A stretch of 64,000 bases of DNA, from NCBI GenBank assembly GCA_963832865.1, contig CAWHWH010000041.1, forward strand, positions 431,532-495,531, in the 5' to 3' direction. Both the position numbers and the translations under genes were made by a program. This document shows, one piece after another, positions 53,590 through 62,474 of this stretch (positions are counted from its first letter, which is position 1; every line of letters starts with the position of its first letter). This stretch comes from an uncultured Pseudomonadota bacterium (lineage in GTDB: Bacteria; Pseudomonadota; Alphaproteobacteria; Acetobacterales; Acetobacteraceae). The notes below the pieces were generated by a model. That model was not told the origin of the DNA and searched no databases. It was given only the letters and a program-made list of their open reading frames with translations.

Positions 53590-54477
53590 ATGCCAGATTT
53601 CGACGAAATCAGCACGAAACTGCTGACATCCAATCGCCGCAAGCTTCTTCGTAATGCTGGACTGGGAACAGCGTTCGCCGCGACGTCGGGATTAGGGCTT
53701 TTCGGTCCAAAACGGGCGCAGGCCACCGGCGCGCCGAGCGACGCGGATATTTTGAACTTCGCCTTGAACCTGGAGTATCTGGAGGCCGAGTATTATCTGA
53801 TCGCGGTCAACGGGACCGGCCTTCCAAGCACCGACATCAACGGCGTGGGAACCACAGGCAATGTCATCGGCGGAGCAGCAGTACCCTTCCAATCCTCCAC
53901 CATCCAGCAATTCGCCAAGAAGATCGCCATTGATGAACAGGCTCACGTCCTGTTCCTTCGGTCGGCTCTGGGCAGCGCTGCCGTCGCTCGCCCGACGATC
54001 GACCTTTACAACAGCTTCAACACGCTGGCGGTCGCAGCCGGATTGATTCAGGCTGGGCAGACATTCAATCCCTTCGCGGACGACGTAAATTTCCTGTTGG
54101 GTGCTTACGTTTTCGAAGACGTCGGGGTAACCGCCTATAACGGCGCTGCGCCGCTGATACAGTCCAAGACCTACCTCGCTGCCGCGGCGAGCATTCTGGC
54201 GGTAGAGGCGTATCATGCCGGGAACATTCGCACGGAGCTGTTTAAGAAGGGCCAAGGTCCCGCCACGGCGGCGATCTCGGCGGTTCGCGCAGCACTGTCT
54301 GGTGCGAATGACGACCAGGGCGTTGTCATGAACGGTGTGGCTAACATAACGCCAACCGACGTGAACGCGCTGGCATTCAGCCGCACGACGACTCAAGTGC
54401 TGAATATCGTCTACGCCGGGGGCGCCAGTGGCAATTACGGGTTCTTCCCCCAAGGATTGAACGGCGCCATCGCTTAG
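53590..54477 (+). CDS. Tat-signal ferritin-like domain protein (start uncertain: 53458, 53521 or 53590)
   Basis: Twin-arginine motif 'SNRRKLLRNAGLGTAFAATSGLGLF', then 'DILNFALNLEYLEAEYY' and 'DEQAHV.FL', typical of Ferritin_2-type proteins. Confidence 0.75.
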   Translation: MPDFDEISTKLLTSNRRKLLRNAGLGTAFAATSGLGLFGPKRAQATGAPSDADILNFALNLEYLEAEYYLIAVNGTGLPSTDINGVGTTGNVIGGAAVPFQSSTIQQFAKKIAIDEQAHVLFLRSALGSAAVARPTIDLYNSFNTLAVAAGLIQAGQTFNPFADDVNFLLGAYVFEDVGVTAYNGAAPLIQSKTYLAAAASILAVEAYHAGNIRTELFKKGQGPATAAISAVRAALSGANDDQGVVMNGVANITPTDVNALAFSRTTTQVLNIVYAGGASGNYGFFPQGLNGAIA

Positions 54478-54647
54478 TTAGTAAGACAGTCTGGACCATT
54501 TTCAGCCTGCGGAATCGGGCTGAAAATGGCCCATCCGTCGCTGCATACTCCCGCAGAGGTATAATGTCGGCGCACCATTTCTGATGCGCCGCCCAAGCCA
54601 CTGAAACGGCATCGCCACCGGTTCGCCGCTATGGCAGGCTCCCAGCC

Positions 54648-55628
54648 ATGCGCATCCATCTGCAGAATCCAGATAACGATCCTCTGTTCGATTTTACGCG
54701 GGCGATGTGGGAGACTGCCGCGACGCACGCCCCCGATGTCGGCGGCGGGCATGTGGTCAGCATAGGTGTGACCCCGGCCGATTTCGTCGCAGCGATGCGG
54801 GACGCCGAGGCACTTGTCACCGACGTGAGCGTCATCAAGGCGTTGTTTCCTTGCCCAGCGCCCCAACTGAAGCTGATTTTTCTGACCAACGCGGGCCTCG
54901 ACCGGCTGGCGCCATTCGACTGGTTGCCGCCGGGGGTCGCGTTGCTAAACAATCGCGGCACCCACGCGGAGAAGTCCGGCGAGTTCGCCATCATGTCTAT
55001 CCTGATGCTGGCCAATCGGCTGCCCGCCATGGTGACCAACCAGCGGCAGGGCATGTGGCGCAAAGTTTGGGGATCGGTGCTGGCCGGCCGTAACCTGACG
55101 GTGATCGGCCTAGGCACACTGGGAGGTGCCACGGCGGAGCTAGCCTCACGCTTCGGCATGCGGGTGACCGGTGTCAGAGCCAACCCCGCGCCGCATCCCG
55201 CCTGTGTCCGGGTCGTCGGAACTCTCGCGCTTGATGACGTGGTCCCGGAGACGGAGTTCCTCGTGCTGGCCTGTCCGCTGACCGCAGTCACACGCGGACT
55301 GATGAGCCGAAGGCGCCTGGAGTGCCTGCCGTCCGGCGCCGGAGTGGTGAACATCGGCCGTGGCGAGTTGCTGGACCAGGACGCGCTGTGCGATCTGCTC
55401 GATCAGGGGCACCTGTCCGGAGCGGTGCTGGACGTATTCACCCCCGAGCCGATCCCACACAACCACCGGCTGTGGTCCACGCCGAACCTGATCATCAGCC
55501 CTCACACCGCCGCCGACGATCCCGCGACCTATAACGAACGTAGCCTGGAAATCTTTCTGGACAATCTGCGCGCTTTGCAAGACGGGCGGCCTCTGCCCAA
55601 CCGTTACGACATCGAGCGCGGCTACTGA
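54648..55628 (+). CDS. D-isomer-specific 2-hydroxyacid dehydrogenase family protein
   Basis: NAD fingerprint 'VIGLGTLGGATA', 'NIGRGELLD', and the C-terminal 'SPHTAA'. Confidence 0.85.
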   Translation: MRIHLQNPDNDPLFDFTRAMWETAATHAPDVGGGHVVSIGVTPADFVAAMRDAEALVTDVSVIKALFPCPAPQLKLIFLTNAGLDRLAPFDWLPPGVALLNNRGTHAEKSGEFAIMSILMLANRLPAMVTNQRQGMWRKVWGSVLAGRNLTVIGLGTLGGATAELASRFGMRVTGVRANPAPHPACVRVVGTLALDDVVPETEFLVLACPLTAVTRGLMSRRRLECLPSGAGVVNIGRGELLDQDALCDLLDQGHLSGAVLDVFTPEPIPHNHRLWSTPNLIISPHTAADDPATYNERSLEIFLDNLRALQDGRPLPNRYDIERGY

Positions 55629-57385
55629 TGCTGCCGACACTTGTCGTCTTGCTCGGAGCCGCGACCATCGCGGTGCCGCTGACACGGCGGTTCGGGCTGG
55701 GCAGCGTGCTGGGCTATCTGCTGGCGGGCGTTGCGATCGGTCCTTCCGGTCTAGGGTTGGTCAGCGACGTTGAGCAGATCGCCAGCATCGCATCGCTTGG
55801 CGTCGTCATGCTGCTATTCCTGATCGGGCTGGAGTTGCGGCCGCGCCGGCTTTGGGTGATGCGGCGGGCGGTGTTCGCTCTCGGATCAGCGCAGGTGGTC
55901 CTGAGCGCCGCGGTGCTGGCGGTCCTGTCGCACGGGATCGGCGTCCCGTGGGCCGGCGCGATCGTGCTGGGCGCGGGACTCGCGATGTCCTCTACCGCGA
56001 TCGTGCTGCCGATGCTGTCCGAGGCTGACTTGCTGAAAAGCCGAGCCGGGCGTGATGGGTTCGCAGTGCTGCTGTTCCAGGATCTGGCGTTCATTCCGCT
56101 GGTCGCACTGGTGCCACTGTTGGCGGAACAAACACTGCCGGACCATGTCCCGTGGCACGACGTCGCCCGAGCCGCCGCCGCCGTCGCGGTAATTCTTGTT
56201 GGCGGCCGCTTCGTGATACCGCCGCTGATCCGCACCCTTGGGGGTCCTCGGACGCGCGAAATCTTTACGACGGCGTCGCTACTGATCGTAGCGGGCACGG
56301 CCTATATCGCCGCGTTGGCTGGGCTTTCGATGTCGCTTGGGGCGTTCATGGCCGGCGTGCTGCTGTCGGAGTCGGAATACCGGCACGAATTGGAGGCCGA
56401 TATCGACCCGTTCGAGGGGCTCTTGCTTGGATTCTTCTTCATCTCGGTAGGGATGTCAGCGGATCTGGGATTGGCCTACGCACATCCCGCGCTGTTGGCC
56501 GGAGCGGCGGGGGCGCTGCTGCTGGCGAAGACCATCGTCTGCTTTATCCTGGCGCTGCTATCACGACAGGGGGGCGCCGACGCGGTGCGGTTTAGCCTGG
56601 CCCTGCCGCAAGCCAGCGAGTTCAGCTTTGTGCTGTTCGGCGCCGCCGTCGCGGTGGGCGCATTGGACGCCGGCAGCGCGGCGATGGCGACGCTCGTCGC
56701 CGCGGTCTCGATGGCCGCGACGCCGGTGCTGTTCGCGTTATCCGAGCGGTTCGTTATCCCTCGGCTGGAAGCGGGACCGGTGCCTGATTATGACACCATC
56801 GAGGCGGCAAGCGCGCCCGTTATCATCTGCGGTTTCGGGCGTTTCGGCCAGATCATCGGCCGTGTGCTGCGGATGCACGGGATCCCTTTCACCGCACTGG
56901 AGCGGGACCTCGGCCAGGTGGATGTGGTCCGCCGGTTCGGCAACAAGGTCTATTTTGGCGATCCAAGGCGGGTCGACCTGTTGCGGTCGGCGGGGGCCGA
57001 GCAGGCGAAGCTGCTGATCGTTGCGCTGGACCATCCGGAGGATGCGCTGCGGGTCGTCGAAGTAGCTAAGCGGGCCTTTCCCCAGTTGAAGGTCATGGCG
57101 CGGGCGCGCAACCGGCGGCACGCGTTTCTGCTGATGGACCGCAATGTGGACGGGTTAGTCCGCGAGACTTTCTACTCCAGTTTGAAGATGGCGGAAGATT
57201 CGCTCAAGGTATTGGGGGTCTCACCCGAGGATGCCGCGAGATCGGTGGAATTGTTCCGAGCACACGACGAACAGAATCTGCTGGATATGCACGCGATCTA
57301 TCGCGACGAGAAGCAGTTGATCCAAAGCACGCAGCAGGCGACGGAAGAATTGATGGCGTTGTTCGAGGCAGATCAGAAGGGGTGA
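55628..57385 (+). CDS. glutathione-regulated K+-efflux type CPA2 antiporter (KefB/KefC-like) with RCK/TrkA-N domain
   Basis: 585 aa. Na+/H+-exchanger membrane domain, then 'VIICGFGRFGQIIGRVL' Rossmann. Its start overlaps the preceding stop (TGATG). Confidence 0.88.
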   Translation: MLPTLVVLLGAATIAVPLTRRFGLGSVLGYLLAGVAIGPSGLGLVSDVEQIASIASLGVVMLLFLIGLELRPRRLWVMRRAVFALGSAQVVLSAAVLAVLSHGIGVPWAGAIVLGAGLAMSSTAIVLPMLSEADLLKSRAGRDGFAVLLFQDLAFIPLVALVPLLAEQTLPDHVPWHDVARAAAAVAVILVGGRFVIPPLIRTLGGPRTREIFTTASLLIVAGTAYIAALAGLSMSLGAFMAGVLLSESEYRHELEADIDPFEGLLLGFFFISVGMSADLGLAYAHPALLAGAAGALLLAKTIVCFILALLSRQGGADAVRFSLALPQASEFSFVLFGAAVAVGALDAGSAAMATLVAAVSMAATPVLFALSERFVIPRLEAGPVPDYDTIEAASAPVIICGFGRFGQIIGRVLRMHGIPFTALERDLGQVDVVRRFGNKVYFGDPRRVDLLRSAGAEQAKLLIVALDHPEDALRVVEVAKRAFPQLKVMARARNRRHAFLLMDRNVDGLVRETFYSSLKMAEDSLKVLGVSPEDAARSVELFRAHDEQNLLDMHAIYRDEKQLIQSTQQATEELMALFEADQKG

Positions 57386-57397
57386 GGTCGCGCAGGG

Positions 57398-57458
57398 TCG
57401 GACTCAGGTGATCACACGCTGCAACTCAGAGCGCAACTCATCCGCATTGCGAACCGCT
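57398..57458 (-). repeat. 61-nt copy (about 87% identical, opposite orientation) of the sequence at the MFS/IS junction 8692-8753; probable solo IS-end remnant
   Basis: Aligned by hand: AGCGGTTC(G/T)CAATGCG(G/A)ATGAGTTGCGCTCTGAGT.. gives 8 differences over 62 positions. Confidence 0.7.
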
Positions 57459-57540
57459 GGGACACGAGGCACCGGCTTGTGGCCAGACAACGTCCATAGT
57501 ACGGCGACCACACTGCTCCCGAGGCTCGATTCGATTATGC

Positions 57541-58923
57541 ATGCTGTTTAACAGTTACTCCTTTCTGCTGGCGTTCCTACCTGGATCCCTGCTCGCATAC
57601 CGGGCTATCGACGGTTACGCGCGATTGCGTGTCCCGATGTTGATCCTGGCTTCGCTGCTGTTTTACGGCCTCTGGAACCCAGAATTCATCCCCCTTCTCG
57701 TGGGATTGATCGTCGTCAACTGGCTGGCCGCGCGATGGTTTGGGCGAACCCGGAACGGCGCGATCATCACCGCCGCGATCGTTTTGACTCTGATCGTACT
57801 GGGCTTGTACAAATACGCGGATTTCTTCGCTGCCACCTTGACTGCGCTGACCGGCATTCCGCTCGGCCGGCTGCATCTCACGCTGCCCATCGGTATCAGC
57901 TTCTTTACCTTCCACCACATCATGTATTTAGCGGATCTTCGGCGCGGGCGCGCTCAGTTGACGACACTAGACCGCTACGCGCTTTATATTTGCTTTTTCC
58001 CTCAAGCGGCCGCGGGTCCCCTGGCGCGATGGTCAGAAGTGGGCAATCAATACGGTCAGCGGGCGTTCGGTCCCGGGTGGGAACGGCGCTGCGCGCTGGG
58101 GATTACCTTCATCGTCCTCGGCCTGGTCGAGAAAGTCGCGTTCGGAGATCCGATCGGTCACATCGTAAATCCGATCTACCAAGCAGCCGCCGAGGCGCCG
58201 GTCACTGACGGGTCAGCGTGGCTGGCACTGGGCTTCGGCTTCCAAATCTTCTTCGATTTCACCGGTTATAGCGACATGGCCATCGGAATCGGGCTACTTT
58301 TCGGAATTCGGCTCCCCGATAACTTCAACGCGCCATTTCGGGCGCCCAGCATTCTAGTGTTCTGGCAACGTTGGCATATGACGTTGTCGCGCTTCCTGCG
58401 GGATTACGTCTTCTTGCCGCTGGCCGATATGCGCATTGCCGGCACCCGCCACACAGTCGCGCAGTATGTCCTGGCGATCCTTGCGACCATGGCGCTGTGC
58501 GGCCTCTGGCATGGCGCAGGCTGGAATTTCGTCCTTTGGGGCGTCATGCACGGCGTGGCCATCATCGTTGCCCTGGGTTGGCGGCGGTACGCCATCCGGC
58601 CGCCCCGTGTGGTCGGTTGGTTTCTCACCGTCCTGTTTTTCCTGCTGAGCGGGATCGTGTTTCGCACCGGCACACTGAACGCAGCGTGGAACCTATACTC
58701 GGGTCTGGCGGTGACGCCGAGTCTCGAGTTGTTGGGAAAGTCGTGGCTTCTCGGGGTGGCCATCGCGTTCGCGACGCTGCTGCCGGGGTCGCGGGAGCTT
58801 TGCGCCCGCATCTGCGATCGGCCAAGGATGATCGTCCCCGTTGCATTCGGTCTGGTCTGCATGGCGATGATGACGCTGCTCGGAGGCGATGAGAGCTATG
58901 AGTTCATCTACTTCAAGTTTTGA
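57541..58923 (+). CDS. MBOAT-family membrane O-acyltransferase (AlgI/DltB-like)
   Basis: 'MLFNSYSFLLAFLP', 'FWQRWHMTLSRFLRDYVFLPL', 'CGLWHGAGWNFVLWGVMHG' (conserved MBOAT His). Confidence 0.9.
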   Translation: MLFNSYSFLLAFLPGSLLAYRAIDGYARLRVPMLILASLLFYGLWNPEFIPLLVGLIVVNWLAARWFGRTRNGAIITAAIVLTLIVLGLYKYADFFAATLTALTGIPLGRLHLTLPIGISFFTFHHIMYLADLRRGRAQLTTLDRYALYICFFPQAAAGPLARWSEVGNQYGQRAFGPGWERRCALGITFIVLGLVEKVAFGDPIGHIVNPIYQAAAEAPVTDGSAWLALGFGFQIFFDFTGYSDMAIGIGLLFGIRLPDNFNAPFRAPSILVFWQRWHMTLSRFLRDYVFLPLADMRIAGTRHTVAQYVLAILATMALCGLWHGAGWNFVLWGVMHGVAIIVALGWRRYAIRPPRVVGWFLTVLFFLLSGIVFRTGTLNAAWNLYSGLAVTPSLELLGKSWLLGVAIAFATLLPGSRELCARICDRPRMIVPVAFGLVCMAMMTLLGGDESYEFIYFKF

Positions 58924-59932
58924 TTCCCCATCCGGCGTTGCAGCTGACGCGGGCGCCGAGGCATCCTGGCGTCGGTGGATCATTGTATTTTGCGCCACCT
59001 TTTTCGGTCTCGGCGGCCTGTTGTTCACCCTGTTGCTGCTGATCGATCCGTACGACAGCGCCCGTTTCCCCACGTTCGGAATAGTCGGTATTGACGATCA
59101 CAATCCGCGCATGGCGAATGTCAGCCGCGGGCGCGATCCAGCCTTCGATAGCGCGGTCTTCGGCAATTCAACCGGTCAGTTGATCGATCCGCACCGCATT
59201 GGGCCACCCACCCACCTGCGTTTCACGCAGTTGACGGTGCCCGCGACCGGGCCTCGAGAGCAACTGGCGATGATGGGATGGTTCGCCTCCCACCACGACA
59301 AGATGGGCGCCCTTATTCTGGTGGCCGACAATAGCTGGTGCGCGCAAAGCGCTGATCTTCAGGTCACGCACCCGTTTCCATTTTGGCTTTATGGCGGCGA
59401 TCGCGACTACCTGGCCCATGTGCTGAACAGCAAATCGTTGGATCGCGCGGTCTGGCGGGTGGAGCTCGCTTTCGGGATGCGACGCCGGACCGACCCGGCG
59501 GGCTATTCGGATTACATGGCGGGCAAAAAGTTTACGTTCGTGCCACAAGTTCCGGAACCGGCCGAGGATCTATCCTTCGCGAAGTTCCCGCTGCAGTTTC
59601 CCTGGATTGACCGCCTGCGGGATCAGATCGCGAGGCTGCCGCCGGAAGCAGCCGTTGTCATCGTCGTGCCGCCGATCTACGCCCCGCTGCTCGAACCGGC
59701 TAACAGCGTCGGGGCCTTGGCCGAAACGGCGTGCAAATCCATGCTGGAAGCTTCAGTGGCCGGTCGGCACCGCAGCGCGTTTCTGGATTTCCGCGTTGAC
59801 AACGCTGTCACGCGCGATCCCGGCAACTTCGCTGACGGAGTGCATTACCGCAACGATATCGCACGGGAGATTGAGGAACGGATCGTCGCCACGTTGCGTC
59901 CCGCCGCCGAGCGAACAGCGGAGGTGCGCTGA
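58889..59932 (+). CDS. membrane-anchored extracytoplasmic protein, putative SGNH/DltD-like partner of the MBOAT (start 58889 or 58898)
   Basis: Overlaps the MBOAT 3' end. Single N-terminal TM 'WIIVFCATFFGLGGLLFTLLLLI'. 'VFGNSTG' is a candidate block-I Ser, and the C-terminal 'FADGVHY' is a candidate DxxH block V. The fold assignment is inference. Confidence 0.6.
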   Translation: MRAMSSSTSSFDSPSGVAADAGAEASWRRWIIVFCATFFGLGGLLFTLLLLIDPYDSARFPTFGIVGIDDHNPRMANVSRGRDPAFDSAVFGNSTGQLIDPHRIGPPTHLRFTQLTVPATGPREQLAMMGWFASHHDKMGALILVADNSWCAQSADLQVTHPFPFWLYGGDRDYLAHVLNSKSLDRAVWRVELAFGMRRRTDPAGYSDYMAGKKFTFVPQVPEPAEDLSFAKFPLQFPWIDRLRDQIARLPPEAAVVIVVPPIYAPLLEPANSVGALAETACKSMLEASVAGRHRSAFLDFRVDNAVTRDPGNFADGVHYRNDIAREIEERIVATLRPAAERTAEVR

Positions 59933-60050
59933 TGGTTGCTCTGCCGCACCTGATCCCGACGTCAGCAGATCGCTACGACTAAACAATGACACGCCATTTT
60001 GATAAACGAATGCTGTGTTTCGCGCCACTCGGCGGACAATGGGAGTTATC

Positions 60051-60341
60051 ATGGCACCCCCTGAGCAGGATGTGACAGAAGCGGAGGTTCGAACATGGTG
60101 CGGCGACTATCTGGCTAAGGCGCTGCGTATTCGTCGGAATCGCATCGAGGATGACGCAAACTTCGCCGGTTTAGGTCTTGATTCAGCCGAGTCCGTGTTC
60201 ATGGTGACCGCACTCGAGGACTGGCTGGGACTGGAACTCGAGTCCGAGACAGTTATTGAACATCCTAGCGTCACCGAACTGGCACGGTTCATCATGAAAC
60301 GGCTCGCAGACCGGTCAGCCGCACCGACCGGGCGACGGTGA
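60051..60341 (+). CDS. acyl/peptidyl carrier protein (DltC-like position)
   Basis: 'FAGLGLDSAESV' phosphopantetheine-attachment Ser motif. GGGAG SD before ATG 60051. Its stop overlaps the FAAL GTG start (GTGA). Confidence 0.8.
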   Translation: MAPPEQDVTEAEVRTWCGDYLAKALRIRRNRIEDDANFAGLGLDSAESVFMVTALEDWLGLELESETVIEHPSVTELARFIMKRLADRSAAPTGRR

Positions 60342-62080
60342 CAGGTTTGGACGCGGACCTGTTTCGATACAGACCGGTGTCGATGACCGATCTGCTCGTG
60401 AGGCGGGCGGTAGAGAACCCGGACGGCCAGGCGTTCGCATACGTCCCCGAGCGGGAAGTCCCTCGCGTGACCCTGACCTACCGCGAGCTCGAAATGGGCG
60501 CCCGTGCCACTGCTGCGCGGTTGTCCAGGCAAACCACCCCTGGCGATCGCGCCATTCTGTTGTTCCCACCGGGACTGGATTTCATTGTCGCGTTCTTCGG
60601 TTGCCTTGCCGCCGGCGTTATCGCCGTGCCGTTGATGGTGCCCAGACGAACCGCCGCGCGGGATTCCAGCACAGCGATTCTAAAGAATTGTGCGCCGCGC
60701 GTCGTGTTGACCAGCCGGGATCTATGGGACGGACGGCCGGACCTGAAGGAGAAATTCGACGGCACGAATTTCTCATGGATGGTCGTGGACGCCAATGACA
60801 ACGCGCCGCCGCCGGAGTTGGAGGTTCCCGCGCCCGGCCCCAATGACATTGCGCTGTTGCAATACACCTCGGGTTCAACGTCCAGCCCCAAGGGGGTGAT
60901 GGTTTCTCACGCCAACATCATCGCCAATCTCGAAATGATCCGCCTGTGCATGAGCAATCCGGCGCGTGCGATCAGCGTGAGTTGGGTGCCGCTGTATCAC
61001 GACATGGGACTTATGATGGGCGTGATGCAGCCACTGTATCTTGGCGGCCTGTCGGTCCTGCTGGCGCCCGCTTCGTTCATGCGACGGCCGTTGAATTGGC
61101 TTCAGGAGATCCATGCAAATCGCGCGGCACTGACCAGTTCTCCAAACTTCGCGTTCGATCTGTGCGTCAGCCGCCTGCAGCCGGGGATGATGCGCGGTAT
61201 CGACCTGTCCTGTTGGCAGCTCACGCTGAACGGCGCCGAGCCGGTTCAGGCCGCCACAATCGAACAATTCACGCGCGCTTTCGCCCCGTATGGCTTCGAC
61301 CCAGGGGCAATGTATCCTGGCTACGGGCTGGCGGAGGCGACCCTACTGGTCTCGGGCGGTCGTCGCGGTGCCGAGCCGATACGACGGCGTGTGAGCCGCG
61401 ATGCATTGCGGAACGACCTGGTGACGGCGCCACGCGACGATGCCGACGCACAATGGGTCGTCGCCAGCGGGCGGTGTGTTCCCGGCGCTCGCATCGCCAT
61501 CGTGGATCCGGAAACGTCGCGTCAGGTCCCGGCCTTATCGGTTGGTGAGGTGTGGGTATCAGGCCCCAGTATCGCGCGCGGCTATTGGCATGATCCGCAG
61601 GCGACAGCAGAGACATTCGAGGCGCGGATCGCAGGCACCAGCGGCGAGACGTGGCTGCGGACCGGCGATCTAGGCTTTCTCGATCCAGACGGCGCACTGT
61701 ATCTGACCGGCCGGATCAAGGATCTGATCATCATTCGCGGTATGAACCACTACCCTCAAGATATCGAGCGGACCGTGCAGGATAGCCATCCGGCACTACG
61801 ACGCGACTGCGGTGCCGCGTTTTCGGTCACCGACGAAACCGGGGCAGAACGGCTTGTAGTCGTGCAGGAAGTCGAGCGGACGCAGCGGATGCATCTCGAC
61901 ATCGAACCATTGTTGCGTACTATCCGAGAAGCGGTGACGACGGCGCATGAAATCTCCGTTCACTCCATCACGCTGATCCGTCCAGCCAGCCTACCCAAGA
62001 CTACAAGCGGCAAGGTTCAGCGGTCGTTAACGCGCCGTTTATGGTTGGAAAACGGACTGGACGTTGTGGGCGAGCCGTAA
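60338..62080 (+). CDS. fatty-acyl-AMP ligase (FAAL, FadD32-like adenylating enzyme)
   Basis: 'LQYTSGSTSSPKGVMVSHANI', 'WVPLYHDMGL', 'SPNFAF', 'GYGLAEATL', 'WLRTGDLGF', 'GRIKDLIIIRGMNHYPQDIE', 'KTTSGKVQR'. Confidence 0.88.
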   Translation: MTGLDADLFRYRPVSMTDLLVRRAVENPDGQAFAYVPEREVPRVTLTYRELEMGARATAARLSRQTTPGDRAILLFPPGLDFIVAFFGCLAAGVIAVPLMVPRRTAARDSSTAILKNCAPRVVLTSRDLWDGRPDLKEKFDGTNFSWMVVDANDNAPPPELEVPAPGPNDIALLQYTSGSTSSPKGVMVSHANIIANLEMIRLCMSNPARAISVSWVPLYHDMGLMMGVMQPLYLGGLSVLLAPASFMRRPLNWLQEIHANRAALTSSPNFAFDLCVSRLQPGMMRGIDLSCWQLTLNGAEPVQAATIEQFTRAFAPYGFDPGAMYPGYGLAEATLLVSGGRRGAEPIRRRVSRDALRNDLVTAPRDDADAQWVVASGRCVPGARIAIVDPETSRQVPALSVGEVWVSGPSIARGYWHDPQATAETFEARIAGTSGETWLRTGDLGFLDPDGALYLTGRIKDLIIIRGMNHYPQDIERTVQDSHPALRRDCGAAFSVTDETGAERLVVVQEVERTQRMHLDIEPLLRTIREAVTTAHEISVHSITLIRPASLPKTTSGKVQRSLTRRLWLENGLDVVGEP

Positions 62081-62474
62081 AGTCCGTCCACTTGCTTTCG
62101 ACAGCGAAGCCGCCTCCCGGCTTCATTGCTTGAAAGGCAACGTTTTCGACGCGTTAAAGCCGAGCCCTCACACTTCTACGCTGCGCACTTGGGGCTCGGC
62201 GTACTGGGAGCTATTCGACAGAGACGCCTATCAGCAGCCAAACAGGCCTTTGCCAAATAGACCCACGTGGCCGCCGAGGTGGCGATGAGCGGGCTAACGG
62301 ACACGGTAATCGAGTCGCCGACCTTCAGCAGTGCGATGGAAGCTCCGTTGGCCGCTATGCAGATTTGGCATCCGCGGCAGGGCATCGTACAAGTGGCGAA
62401 CACACTCCTCCACACGCATGATCGGCGAGCGGCGGGGCGGCCCTCGCAAGCCACCCGCCCTGGAGACCACCGGT

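Noticed and set aside
43237-57540. tRNA-Ala-anchored genomic island carrying the T2SS cluster
   Set aside because: I found no integrase gene. I also saw no direct repeat of the tRNA 3' end in the downstream intergenic regions I scanned by eye (53.4, 57.4 and 62.1-62.5 kb). Adjacency alone is not enough.
62081-62474. ORFs 62064-62288 +, 62176-62454 -, 62267-62554 + in the spacer between the FAAL and the sulfatase
   Set aside because: They overlap one another in different frames and show no motifs. Their composition is not protein-like. The region is treated as intergenic, though a gene relic cannot be excluded.
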